The notes: generated by a model from the sequence alone, not told the origin. DNA of 64,000 bases from Octopus sinensis (GCF_006345805.1 NC_043006.1:21080001-21144000); one strand, 5' to 3'. Numbered from the stretch's first letter, positions 24,541 through 37,664 are shown. Numbers and translations are program-made.

Positions 24541-25127
24541 ATAACACGTAGATACACGTACGTATGCATTATCGTAACAAGCTGCTTATGCAACCAGTAT
24601 ATGCAACCAGTAGCATGGTCCATTTTCACTACCATCAGTGTCCAACACATCTTTTATCTTTTACTTGTTTCAGTCATTTGCGTGCAGCCATACAAGAGCA
24701 CCGCCTTAAAGGTTTTTAGTTGAAGAAATCAACGCCAGGACTTAATTTTTTGATGCCTAGTATTTATTCTATCGGTTCTCCTTTACCGAACCTTAATAAA
24801 ATTCTGGTAGCGACGGCGGCGGAGGCGGTGGTGGTGGTTGTGAAATTTATATATAAAGCATTGCATACGATCTTCGTTGACTCTTTCAGGGCATTCGGCA
24901 CAGTAAAGCAGTTGGAATTGTAGCAGGTATCCCCCAAAAAACCCTGACTACTCGGAAACATTCAGCTGTATTAACGAGTTCCTTGTTGTGAAATAAGGGT
25001 CAGAGTTTTGCAGGTGACTACCGGGACTGTTTGATAATAAACAGTTTTCTGACAATATTCGCAAATGCCGAAACAATTTCGTGTGTGGAACCTTTCATTT
25101 CAGTCGACTTACGTACTAGCTAGTTCC

Positions 25128-25521
25128 GTGGAGGCGCAATGGCCCAGTGGTTAGGGCAGTGGACTCGCGGTCGTAGGATCGCGGTTTCGATTCCCAGACC
25201 GGGCGTTGTGAGTGTTTATTGAGCGAAAACACCTAAAAGCTCAACGAGGCTCCGGCAGGGGATGGTGGTGATCCCTGCTGTACTCTTTCACCACAACTTT
25301 CTCTCACTCTTACTTCCTGTTTCTGTTGTACCTGTATTTCAAAGGGCCGGCCTTGTCACTCTCTGTGTCATGCTGAACATTCCCGAGAACTACGTTAAGG
25401 GTACACGTGTCTGTGGAGTGCTCAGCCACTTACACGTTAATTTCACGAGCTGGCTGTTCCGTTGATCGGATCAACCGGAACCCTCATCGTCGTAACCGAC
25501 GCAGTGCTAAAGAAGAAGAAG
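25128..25521 (+). mobile_element. SINE family C, tail 1
   Basis: Full copy with (GAA)n end; TSD actagctagttcc/actagcttgttcc. Confidence 0.9.
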
Positions 25522-25689
25522 ACTAGCTTGTTCCAGCAGGTCGTCTTCTTTGACACATCACAATTAATATTGGCTTTTCCCGTATATTTAAGTATTTTGT
25601 AGACTGTTGAGCTGTATTTTAGGAAGATTCGCCAGTAAAACTTTACATGTCAATTGACTGTGCAGAGGATTCTTCGTGTCTGTTTGTCT

Positions 25690-26155
25690 ATGTATGTATG
25701 TATGAGTGAATGTATGTATGTATGTATGTATGTATGTATGTATGTATGTTTCTATGTATGTATGTATGCATGTATGTATGTATGTATGTATGTATGTATG
25801 TATGTATGTATGTATGTGTGTATGTATGTATGTGTGTATGTATGTATGTATGTAGGTTTGTATGTATGTATGTATATATGTTTCTATGTATGTATGTATG
25901 TGTGTATGTATGTATGCATGCATGTATGTATGTATGTATGCATGTATGTATGTATGTAGGTTTGTATGTATGTATGTATGTATGTATGTATGTATGTATG
26001 TTTCTATGCATGCATGTATGTATGTATGAATGCATGTATGTATGTATGTATGAATGTGTGTATGTATGCATGTATGTATGTATGTATGTTTGTATGTATG
26101 TATGTAGGTTTGTATGTATGTATGTATGCATGCATGCATGCATATATGTATGTAT
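25690..26155. repeat. (TATG)n tetranucleotide array
   Basis: Direct reading. Confidence 0.95.
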
Positions 26156-26392
26156 ACAGCGGCAGTAGTGTGCTATTTACATCAGCAGTACTCTCTCTAA
26201 CGTGGGTTACACTTAAGATGTTGATAACTTAAGCGAAAGCGAAGACTTACAACTATCGATGCAATTTAAGCGATTCTCTATGTGTTTATACGGATGTCAT
26301 CATCGTGACAAAATTAGAGGTTTTACTTGTAGACATCGCATGTACAGCTTCAGCGTGGGAACTATTGTGAGTAGTCGTAATGTCACCGTTAA

Positions 26393-26448
26393 TTAGTAGC
26401 AGTAGTAGTAACAGTAGTAGTAGTAGTAGTAGTAGTAGTAGCAGCAGC

Positions 26449-26479
<31 letters not shown>

Positions 26480-26481
26480 AC

Positions 26482-26522
<41 letters not shown>

Positions 26523-26640
26523 CAGCAGCAGTAGCAGCAGCAGCAGTAGTAGTAGTAGCAGCAGCAGTAGCAGCAGCAGTAGTAGTAGTAGTAGTAGTAG
26601 CAGTAGCAGTAGCAGTAGTAGTAGTATAGTAGCAATAGCA

Positions 26641-26685
<45 letters not shown>

Positions 26686-26750
26686 TAGTAGTAGTAGTAG
26701 TAGTATTAGTAGTAGCAGCAGCGTAGCAGCAGCAGCAGTCTCTTAGTAGT

Positions 26751-26781
<31 letters not shown>

Positions 26782-26837
26782 TAGTAGTAGTAGTAGCAGT
26801 AGCAGTAGCAGTAGTAGTAGTATTAGTAGCAATAGCA

Positions 26838-26898
<61 letters not shown>

Positions 26899-26917
26899 CA
26901 GCAGCAGTAGCAGCAGC

Positions 26918-26949
<32 letters not shown>

Positions 26950-26990
26950 CAGTAGCAGTAGTAGTAGTAGTAGTATTAGTAGCAATAGCA

Positions 26991-27036
<46 letters not shown>

Positions 27037-27090
27037 TGGTAGTGGTGGTAATCGCCGTCGTTGTAGTAGTAATGCTGGTGTTGGTGATGG
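26393..27090. repeat. (AGT)n/(AGC)n trinucleotide array
   Basis: Direct reading; source of the poly-S/L/Y/V ORFs. Confidence 0.95.
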
Positions 27091-27355
27091 TGGTGGTGGT
27101 GATGGTAATACCTGACAGGGGACAGATCTGTTCTTTGCTAGTAATGGGACCCAGTAATGTTCAATTAGCCATAAATCCCGCCCAAAGGAGCAGTCTCAAT
27201 TATTTCATATAATTAACTCGGTTTTCAAATAGCGGAATTTGAAAAGATATGATAAAAGGAAGCAAGGAAAGTTTTTACACAGAAATGTCAACGATGAAAT
27301 CACTGCTATATTATTATCTTTTTTATTTTTCATTTTTTTTTTTTTAAATCAGAAA

Positions 27356-27770
27356 TAGGCGCAGGAGTGGCTGTGTGGTAAGTAGCTTGCTAACCAACCA
27401 CATGGTTCCGGGTTCAGTCCCACTGCGTGGCACCTTGGGCAAGTGTCTTCTCCTTATAGCCCCGAGCCGACCAATGCCTTGTGAGTGGATTTGGTAGACG
27501 GAAACTGGAAGAAGCCTGTCGTATATATATGTATATATTTATGTGTATGTGTGTGTCTGTGTTTGTCCCCCCCCCCTAGCATTGCTTGACAACCGATGCT
27601 GGTGTGTTTACGTCCCCGTAACTTAGCGGTTCGGCAAAGGAGACCGATAGAATAAGTACTGGGCTTACAAAGAATAAGTCCCGGGGATCGAGTTGCTCGA
27701 CTAAAGGCGGTGCTCCAGCTTGACCGCAGTCAAATGACTGAAACAAGTAAAAGGGTAAAGAGTAAAGAGT
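27356..27770 (+). mobile_element. SINE family A
   Basis: Full-length match. Confidence 0.9.
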
Positions 27771-27786
27771 GTGTCTATGTATATGT

Positions 27787-28008
27787 CAGTGGTTTTCAAC
27801 CAGGGTTCCGCGGAACCTTAGGGTTCCGCCAGTACAGTCCAGGGGTTCCGCAAGAAGTTGCAAAAATGCTAAAATCGACAGTAATTTTTAATTCTCTTGT
27901 GCAGATATGTGTGCATATAAGACAATTAAATTATTGCACAGGGGTTCCTCGAGCCAGTGAAATGTTTTCTCGGGGTTCCGCTCCAGCAAAAAAGTTTGAA
28001 CAGCACTG
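27787..28008 (+). mobile_element. hAT-type MITE (222 bp)
   Basis: TIRs cagtggttttcaac / gtttgaacagcactg; exact 8-bp TSD gtatatgt at 27779-27786 and 28009-28016. Confidence 0.85.
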
Positions 28009-28956
28009 GTATATGTATAAACTTTATAGATGTTTATATAGAATAAAACTTTATATATAAAGAACGTGAAATTCACGAATTGACGAACACGGAAAACAGA
28101 CAGTCATTCAGAGCCTTCATTCTTCAGTCAGAAACCGATTCATCATGGCAAATTTCGGCTGTTTAATTCTGAGATTTGCTCCAAAACGGCCAGCCCCAAG
28201 GAAAAGCTAAGCTATGGGCATTAGATTTCCTTGGTAGAAGGAAAGAATGTGACAACAGAGACGAATAGGAAAACAAGAGACGAAGATAAAATTGGAAACA
28301 GTAACGAATAAAAACAGGAATGACTTTGAGACAAAATGGGACAAAAACAATTGACAATCATACACAATACATAAACACACACACTTATAAAATAACAGAC
28401 AGATAGCTAGATGTTTTAATTTTGTTTTATGACGGCAAAACAATGCAAGTTATAAGAATTAACACAAGTCGATGATTTTTACTTTTATCTTGTATTGCAC
28501 ACACACACACGCACGCACACGCGCGCGCGCACTATAAATAGGATTCTCAAAAATTCAACAACCGTAAGTTGCTATGAAATTATTGCGTTTATACATGCAT
28601 GCGTACATACATGGTGGCTGCCCCCTCGTTATCGAGTATGGCCATTGCACGAAGCTTAATCAATGTTGTAATCGTGCAATGCCTGTGCAAGAAGATTTTT
28701 TTTTTAAGTGAGGAAAGGCTGTGCACTGAGTCACTCACACTCACTAAGCAACAGCAGCCATAATCCGAAAAGAAGAACAAGTCAACATCATCGGTAACCA
28801 CTGAGCCGCAGGTTTTATGTCGGAGTTATACCAGTTACCTGAGTTACCTTCTCCTAGAAGGATGCCCTAACAACGGCTGGGAGTCCTTCACTCCCAATGG
28901 TTTAATCGCGCGATCGGGTATTCAGTCCGATTATATACATACGTACATGCATACGA

Positions 28957-29167
28957 ATGACCATGGGATTGCATCTAAAAAGTTACCCTGCGAAGCACAA
29001 GTCCAGGCAAGGTTGTTTATGGAAGACCAGTAGTCACCCATGCATACCAGCCTCCCCTCTCCACACCACCATTGTTATCCAAGGGAAAGGCAAAGGCCGA
29101 TTCCTTGGCACCAGTGACGTCGCAACTCATTTCTACAGCTGAGTGAACTGGAGCAACGTGAAATAAA
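28957..29167 (-). mobile_element. SINE family D (CORE-type), 5'-truncated
   Basis: Reverse complement of 35560-35770. Confidence 0.8.
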
Positions 29168-29274
29168 TATCTCTTATATAAAACCCGTTCTGTGTGTGTG
29201 TGTGTGTCTCCTCGGAATTCGGGCATCCTCCATCCGATTGCGCTCAAATTTGATATGTAGATATCGACGGTATC

Positions 29275-29490
29275 AAGGCGAGCTGGCAGAAACGTTAGCA
29301 CGCCGGGCGAAATGCGTAGCCGTTACGTTCTGAGTTCAAATTCCGCCGAGGTCGACTTTGCTTTTCATCCTTTCGGGGTCGATAAATTAAGTACCAGTTA
29401 CGCACTGGGGTCGATATAATCGACTTAATACCTATGTCTGTCCTTGTTTGTCCCCTCTATGTTTAGCTCATTGTGGATAATAAAGAAATA
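29275..29490 (+). mobile_element. SINE family B (tail 1)
   Basis: Sequence match, with a short internal deletion. Confidence 0.85.
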
Positions 29491-29968
29491 GGTATGAGGG
29501 CGTGTATAATTCTTGAAAAAATGATTAAAATCGATTCCAGGTGAGAATGCGATCGATAAAGCCGTTTTTGTCCTGCTCTTCTTCCGTCAACCTGTACATA
29601 ACTGCACCTTCCATTTTTTGCTGTTTTTGTACTGCTTAAAGGCATGTTTCCTTTCTGCCAAGCTTACTGTTTAAACCATGTTTGTGTTCTCCCAGTCATT
29701 AAACTCTTCGGTTGCATATTTGTGTGAATAAAATCATTTTTCTTTGGAATAGAAAAAAGTCTATCTTTATTTCTTCTTTTGCTGGCGTCTCAAATTTAGG
29801 TTAAATCAGTGTTTCTCAAAGGGGAGGCCTATGGGACGGTTGGACAAGTTGTGAGAAAATTTGGTTTAAATGTTTGACAATTCAGCATCGCCCATTGGAC
29901 GGGGGGCGTTTTGCTCGTATATATATAAACCTATATATATTCTAATTACACATAAAAATATTCATATA

Positions 29969-30635
29969 TACGAGGTGGTACCAAAAAGTTCCCGGACTAG
30001 TTCTGTAGCACGCAAACCTTGGCAGAGCACCGTTGTATGCATAGTGAGAGATAGCAGTGACCTTCGTGGGGCAGTGTGCCGAGTGACATCGCTGTGTTTA
30101 CTTTGCACGTTGTGAAATTTGTGTTTTATGATCACATGTATGCTGTAATCTGTGATTTTGTCATGGAGAGGAACAAGGGACCAAGTGAAATTTTGCGTTA
30201 AACTTAGGAAGTCTTCTATAGAGAAATTGTGCATATGGTGAGGAGACAGCGGGGTCGTGTGCAATGTTTCGAGTGGCATGGGCGCTTCAAAACCGGAAGA
30301 ACGTCTCTACAAGACGAAGAGTGACCTGGGAGAACTTGCTATAAGTGTCACATCCGGAAATGTGGTATTGTGCATCGAGAATTCCGCCTCCCTCACCGGG
30401 CCAAACTGTCAATTGAGAGGTCTACTGCGACGATTTGAAGCGTTTGAAGGGGGACATTCGACAAAAGTGACCGGATCGGTGTAGCGCGAAGAATTGGATT
30501 CATCACGATGACAAAGCACCCTGTCACCGAGCTCGCTTCACTCGTGAGTTTCTCGCCAAAAAACAACATGGCATCGACTCTGCATCTGCTCTATTCGCCA
30601 GATTTAGCACCAGCGGACTTCCATCTCTTCCCTAA
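29969..30635 (+). pseudogene. Internally deleted mariner element (left TIR plus transposase remnants)
   Basis: tacgaggtggtaccaaaaagttccc terminus; KFCVKL..YGEE...QCFEWHGRFKTGRTSLQDE; WIHHDDKAPCHRA..TREFLAKNN...YSPDLAPADFHLFPK. Confidence 0.85.
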
Positions 30636-30766
30636 AGAACCGTTGCACTTCCTAGAGACGGTATCATATGGGTATGTATGCTTTATTATAACAATTCAAA
30701 GTATATTTTACCCCGTCATTTGATTTCCATAGGTCAGTTAATGATATTGATTGTGTCTTACCAACC

Positions 30767-30998
30767 AAAGGCGGCGAGCTGGCAGAAACGTTAGCACGCC
30801 GGGCGAAATGCGTAGCCGTATTTCGTCTGCCGTTACGTTCTGAGTTCAAATTCCACCGAGGTCTACTTTGCCTTTCATCCTTTCGGGGTCGATAAATTAA
30901 GTACCAGTTACGCACTGGGGTCGATATAATCGACTTAATCTGTTTGTCTGTCCTTATTTGTCCCCTCTATGTTTAGCCCCTTGTGGGTAATACAGAAA
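30767..30998 (+). mobile_element. SINE family B (tail 1)
   Basis: Full copy; 18-bp TSD gatattgattgt(g/c)tctta. Confidence 0.9.
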
Positions 30999-31179
30999 CC
31001 GATATTGATTGTCTCTTAAGAAGGTCTCTAAAAGAATAATTGGATATAGACACAAACTGAAATTTTTATGTGTGTGTGTGTGTGTGTGCAACATGTCCCA
31101 CTCTCACCAAAACTTGTAAATGCAAAAATTCTTTAATGTATTTCCTTAAAGAGAGTTGTTTCATCTCTTGTACTAACTC

Positions 31180-31500
31180 TCTCTGCCTTGCCTTGGAATT
31201 CACTTCCATTGTATTTGATGTCTTCGTTATTTTCCTAGATATCTCCCTCATTATCAACAACTTCCATCTACCTATCTCTGTTCACTACGTGCTCACAGAT
31301 TCCAAATGTTAATTCTTCTGTCTTTCCTCTCGCTCTAGACGCATCGTCCCTTCTATCACATTTTCTAACTTCGGACGATATAGTATTGATTCGGACTATA
31401 TAGCATTGATTCTAAATCGAAGAAATGTGTCACCTCTTCTTCCCTCGAAGACACCTTCGGTCTTTTATAGATCCGACACTCAACTGATTCAAAGCCATCG
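31180..31500 (+). pseudogene. Penelope-like RT C-terminal fragment
   Basis: LEFTSIVFDVFVIFLDISLIINNFHLPISVHYVLTDS resembles PLE L.FT...FLD....L.TSV.YK.TDS. Confidence 0.6.
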
Positions 31501-31508
31501 ACCATACC

Positions 31509-31739
31509 TATTTCTTTACTGCCCAAAAGAGGCTAAACGCAGAGGGGACAAACAAGGACAGACAAACAGATTAAGTCGATTACATCGACCCCAGTGCGTA
31601 ACTGGTACTTATTTAATCGACCCCGAAAGGATGAAAGGCAAAGTCGACCCCGGCGGAATTTGAACTCAGAACGTAACAGCAGACGAAATACTGCTAAGCA
31701 TTTCGCCCGGCGTGCTAACGTTTCTGCCAGCTCGCCGCC
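31509..31739 (-). mobile_element. SINE family B (tail 1)
   Basis: Full copy; TSD gccatcgaccat. Confidence 0.9.
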
Positions 31740-32666
31740 ATCGACCATCCCACCATCCCACCTACCTTTCTCATGCACACCTATGGATAGGTTTCCACTC
31801 CTCTTCAACTTCTAAACGACCATTTTTGTTTTCCACAGCCCACTCTCTCAAAACTTGTAACGTCTACTTTCTAATCGATTCTTCGTACGGTACTTCTCTT
31901 CTTTAAAAGAGATAAAAATCTCCGAAACCTTTTAATTTCACTAGGTACTTCCAGGCACATAGTGTGTCCTTACCTCAATCACATTACTACTATACTTGTT
32001 CAAAAAAACCCAATACCATAGAAGGTTATCTGTACGGTTGCCAACATTAGACACTTCAATAGATATAGCGCATGTTATGATGGATATGATGTTGGTGGAA
32101 GTAGGGTGCTGTTTCGTGGTGAAATAGTCCGCTGTTAGTGTAATGAGCATTCTCTTGTGGCACACCATGTTATCACATCTGGTCACTGCATTAATCGCTT
32201 GCCCACTAAGGAACATCGTATTCCAGGAAACTGAAGTAACAACACATTTGTATTTGGAACTCTTTCGCTTTTAGGCTTAAATGAATAGTTTCTCTTCTTC
32301 GTTTCCTCTTCCTAATCCTATCACACTTCCAGTCCCCACCCCATCTGCGGATGATTTGTTGTGCTGTTTTGTATGTATACTTCTTTGATGCCTCCGCTCA
32401 TTATTAATTTTATCTTGCTGGTTGGATAAATAATTTGCATTCTTCGTGTTCATACGACCGTGCTTCTACTTTATGTATACATCACTCTCTCCCTCTCTCT
32501 CTCCTACTCTCTCATCTTCTCTGCCTTTCTTTCTTTCTGTCCGTTTCCCTGTGAATGTTATTTCTGATTGCTTTAGATCTATTCAGTTTCTCATCAACTT
32601 CCCCTTTAGTTGTGAACAGTTGTATTTATATGTAATTCATGTGCAGGGAGAGTGGGATACTGAGTA

Positions 32667-33170
32667 CCGTAAATCCTCGAGTATAGTCCGCCCTTGAGTA
32701 TAATACGCAGGGGATTTTTAGGGTGCTGTACCTCTGAAAAACCTAAACCTTGTGTATAATACGCACCCCTTCTCTAACTTAGATAATATACACATTTGCA
32801 TAATTAAGCCAGAAGCACCTAGTCGAACAAACACTTCCGCGCATGCGTAATACAATAATAGTGATGTTCTTAACTGTTATATGGGAATGTAAATATGTTT
32901 GCAAATTGTTTTTGTTACATGTTATTCTGTGTTCTGAATACTTTTATTTTAATAAATGTTGCTTACTGCAAGTTATGGATGATTCTTTTAAGACTTGATT
33001 GCTTTCAGGCTTAGCTCAAGGTATTTTCGCACCCGACATCACAAAATGCGTCTGAATAAACATTGTCGGACAGCAAATAGATACTCGGACATTGCTTAGA
33101 AAATATTTTTCGTTTTTAACCTCGTATTAAGTTTTGGGGAAAAATGCGAATTATACTTGAGGATTTACAG
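32667..33170 (+). mobile_element. Tc1/mariner-superfamily (pogo/Tigger-like) MITE
   Basis: TIRs ccgtaaatcctcgagtata / tatacttgaggatttacag; TA on both sides. Confidence 0.75.
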
Positions 33171-34294
33171 TATTTCTTTTATTCACGTACTATGCCGTTG
33201 TGCCACTAAAGCAGACTGTGTTACCTAGACTCCTTGGGCAAGGGGGGTTGTACTTATGTGTGTAGATGACATTTGAATACAGAAGTTAAGATGGAGTGAA
33301 GTATATTATAACCTACACAGCAGTGTATGTTGCTTGAAACGACAATTAGTGTAGCGTTAATGTAAAGAGGGAAACGTTTGTGGGGTATAACCAAACTTTA
33401 AAGTATATTATAGTTGACTGAATCGTCACAAGTTGTGATATTGTTTGCCATACAATGGGGTTTTGAAGCTTAGAGATGAGAGGAGGTAAGAAAGGTAGTA
33501 AAAGGTTTTGAGCTGTTGATATATGTAGATGTGTATATTAAATAATGTTGACAGTTTAGAATAGTATATATGCCGGTAACGTCGATACGGGGAATTGAAG
33601 TTACAATCAGATAGAGAAAATTCCGTTCTACCAAAATATCTGAAAAGATTTCTTGACAATATCAGTTGTAGACAATTAGTCAAGTTGATACAATGACAAT
33701 TTTTGCAAAACAGGATATGATGATATAATCGACAGTTAGAGGAGACAAGGCAACCATTAATTTTACTAATATAAAGCGACAAACAAATAAATAACTTTAG
33801 TAAAACCGAGTATGATGGTGCAGTAAAAAAAAAAAAAAATACTGGAAAATTGCTGAATCTGACGATGGAAAGTAATAAGATAAATTTTAGCAGAAATCGA
33901 CAATAGGAAAGAGAATAACTACTGAAATGTTCAATGAAATGCATTATATCAATAGGGAAGTTTATCAGAAAAAGATATAATTACGCAAGAGACAAGTGGA
34001 ACCAGAGTAACCATTGAATTTATAAAGGAAAAAGTGTAAACGTCACGAGAGAAAAAAAAGTCAGGAATTAAATTTAAAAAAAACACAAATGACAATTCTA
34101 ATGTAGTCGTATCGTCTAAAGAAAATGTAATTACCAACGAATAAGCCGATGAAACCAAGACCAACTCAGACAATGTCCTTTAAATAACATTTAGAAAGTC
34201 GCCGATGAAAAGAATAGCCATATGCGAAAGAATTAGCCTACTTCAATGAATATATATAAGCATCCTGAAAAAGCGAAATAAAGTATGTAGGATA

Positions 34295-34295
<1 letters not shown>

Positions 34296-34330
<35 letters not shown>

Positions 34331-34386
34331 ACACACACACACACGCACACACACACACACACCACACACACACACATACACACACA

Positions 34387-34435
<49 letters not shown>

Positions 34436-34490
34436 CACACACCCCACACACACACACACACACATACACACACACACACACACACACATA
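34296..34490. repeat. (CA)n array
   Basis: Direct reading. Confidence 0.95.
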
Positions 34491-34587
34491 TATTATTCAA
34501 AGGATTTCCAACTCTGTCTATTTTTTTAATGTTTTATTTATATTCTTTATAATATTAATGTAGGATATAGAATATATAGTATATACA

Positions 34588-34748
34588 CAGGAGTGGCTGT
34601 GTGGTAAGTAGCTTGCTTACCAACCACATGGTTCCGGGTTCAGTCCCACTGCGTGGCATCTTGGGCAAGTGTCTTCTGCTATAGCCTCGGGCCGACCAAA
34701 GCCTTGTGAGTGGATTTGGTAGACGGAAACTGAAAAAAGCCCGTCGTA

Positions 34749-34795
<47 letters not shown>

Positions 34796-35000
34796 ATGTT
34801 TGTGTGTCTGTGTTTGTCCCCCGAGCATTGCTAGACAACCGATGCTGGTGTGTTTACGTCCCCGTCACTTAGCGGTTCGGCGAAAGAGACCGATAGAATA
34901 AGTACTGGGCTTACAAAGAATAAGTCCTGGGGTCGATTTGCTCGACTAAAGGCGGTGCTCCAGCATGGTCGCAGTCAAATGACTGAAACAAGTAAAAGTA
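34588..35000 (+). mobile_element. SINE family A
   Basis: Near full-length match. Confidence 0.9.
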
Positions 35001-35127
35001 TATACGGTTAGCTCAACGTTAATATTTTAAGAAAGACGTAAAAAGAAAGAGATAGTATATATAGTAAAATGAAATGAAGTATTGATTGTCTTATTGAATA
35101 GATGAAATATTGAATATCAAATATTAA

Positions 35128-35460
35128 GGGACTAGTATAGTTTCTTGCATTTAAGCAGTCTTCAAGGTCCCAGGTTGTGACAGGAATGTTTCAACTATAG
35201 TTGACTGGCTGTCTTTTATCCTTTATATACGTTCCTGTGGGCAACACTAGTAGTTGTTTGGCTATTTTTAGAGATGATGCCAAACCATTTTTCAATGTTT
35301 ATTTTTAGAAATGATGACAGCTGTAATTTTTAGAGATTTGTTGTGTTTTAGTTATAGGGATAAGATTTTTAAACCCCAAGTGAGATTTAGTCATTGTTTG
35401 TTAAGCGTGGGTTTGAATTTCTTAATAAAGTCTTTTTCTCTCAGTTTTCTCTCAATTTAA
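35128..35460 (-). pseudogene. PLE GIY-YIG C-terminal end and 3' UTR with degenerate hammerhead
   Basis: RKLREKDFIKKFKPTLNKQ*; hammerhead-like motif at 35128-35171. Confidence 0.55.
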
Positions 35461-35463
35461 TTA

Positions 35464-35788
35464 ATGGCTCAGTGGTTAGAGCGTCGAGCTTACGATCGTG
35501 AGGTTGTGAGCTCGAATCCCGGACCGAGCTGCGTGTTGTGTTCTTGAGCAAGACGCTTTATTTCACGTTGCTCCAGTTCACTCAGCTGTAGAAATGAGTT
35601 GCGACGTCACAGGTGCCAAGCTGTATCGGCCCTTGCCTTTCGCTTGGACAACATCGGTGACGTGGAGAGGGGAGGCCGGTATGCATGGGCGACTGCTGGT
35701 CTTCCATGAAACAACCTGCCCAGACTTGTGCCTCAGAGAGTAACTCTCTAGGTGCAAACCCATGGTCAGTGTCTGACCGAAGGGGGTC

Positions 35789-35794
<6 letters not shown>
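35464..35794 (+). mobile_element. SINE family D (tRNA head plus CORE-like domain)
   Basis: A box tggctcagtgg, B box gctcgaatccc, cttgagcaagacgctttatttcacgttgctccagttcactcagctgtagaaatgag. Confidence 0.85.
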
Positions 35795-35836
<42 letters not shown>

Positions 35837-35869
35837 TATACATGCATGCATGCGTACATACATATATAT

Positions 35870-36400
35870 GTATATATGTATATACACATGCATATATGGG
35901 CACAGGACACCACAGATGGTAAACAACATGAAATACGAAAACATGGTATACGAACTTTTTATGCGAACAGCGAAAGAAACGAATGGAAAACAAGACAAGC
36001 AACATAATAAAACGACCCTTCATCAGTTGTCGGTTGTTTTTCTAGACAATTAACGACAAGATACGTTTTCAACACAACAACTGCTCCCGCAAAGCAAATT
36101 AAACTTTGACCCCCCTGCAAGATCCCAAATTTTATTTAATTTGCTTTGTGCGAACAAGTGTTGTGTCGAAAAGCGGATCTTGTCGTTAATTGCTCGAAAT
36201 ACGAAGTAGAAAAACAGCCGACAGCTGATGAAGGATCGTTTTATTGTGTTGTTCGTTTTCCCTTTGTTTTTTTCGTTGTTCGCATAAAAATTTCGTATTC
36301 CATGTTTTCGTATTTCGTATTTTATGTTGTTTTCGTATTTCACATTGTTTACGTTCTGTGGTGTCCTGTGCCCATATATACATTTGTATATACATATATA
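35870..36400. repeat. Imperfect foldback: about 235-265-bp inverted arms, about 31-bp spacer
   Basis: 35870-36103 is the reverse complement of about 36135-36400 with indels. Confidence 0.85.
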
Positions 36401-36509
36401 TGTATGTACATATATGTCTGTCTGTCTGTCTGTATGTATGTATGTATGTATGCATATATATTTATATTATTATATGATTGAACACCACGCATCCATTTCG
36501 AAGTAAGTT

Positions 36510-36718
<209 letters not shown>

Positions 36719-37234
36719 TGACTAAAGCCACCTAACGAAACGATTGGTCAAAACGTTGATGACGTCACGCTACGCTGGACTGACCACCTAACAGGCATTA
36801 TAAACCGAGCAATTCACAAGACTCACTAGAACACCACCCACGAACACCCACCATGGGTCATCACAATTGCTTAAGGTAAAAATGAATCCTCGCTCTTTCG
36901 GAAACATCAATCTTCTGTATTGACTGCTTTCCACCACTTTGATCTGTTTTTTGTATTGAATACGTATCGCCAACCGTGGGCCACTGCATCGAACACTTTG
37001 AACATATAGCATGAATGAACTTACTTCAAACTATATATCAACTATACATGAACTCTAAGATGTCTGACTCCGTTGTGTATTATAAATGAATCTCTTGTGT
37101 TTGACGGCATGAGCTGTCTTTTTTATATATAACTTTTTTTGATAAGGTTCATTTCAGGAACTGAAACATGTTATAATGTATATATAAAAATTAAAAATTG
37201 TATAATATAGCAGCATTTTCGAACTTCATTTTTT

Positions 37235-37274
<40 letters not shown>

Positions 37275-37580
37275 GTGTGTGTGTGTATATATATATATGG
37301 ATATATGAATATATACATATATATATATATATATATACATACATATATACATACATATATACATACACAAATATATATATATATATTGTGCATGTATGTA
37401 TATACACATATGCATATACAAACACACACGCGAACATATGCACACACATACACACATGTTTCTCTCCTGTATCTCTTCCTCCTTCGTGTCAATTACTTGG
37501 AAGCCCTTCAACGTAGAACTCATCCAATTACTTTACCTCTCCCTCTCATCCATCCATTCATACATACATACATACATACA

Positions 37581-37612
<32 letters not shown>

Positions 37613-37628
37613 GATATATGTGTATATA

Positions 37629-37664
<36 letters not shown>

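Noticed and set aside
26380-27212. Poly-Ser/Leu/Tyr/Val ORFs
   Set aside because: Trinucleotide microsatellite, open in several frames on both strands
33426-33944. 172-aa minus-strand ORF
   Set aside because: F/L/I-rich composition typical of antisense AT-rich DNA; no motifs
35464-35530. SINE heads as functional tRNA genes
   Set aside because: A/B boxes are present but there is no proper acceptor stem or terminator; they continue into SINE bodies
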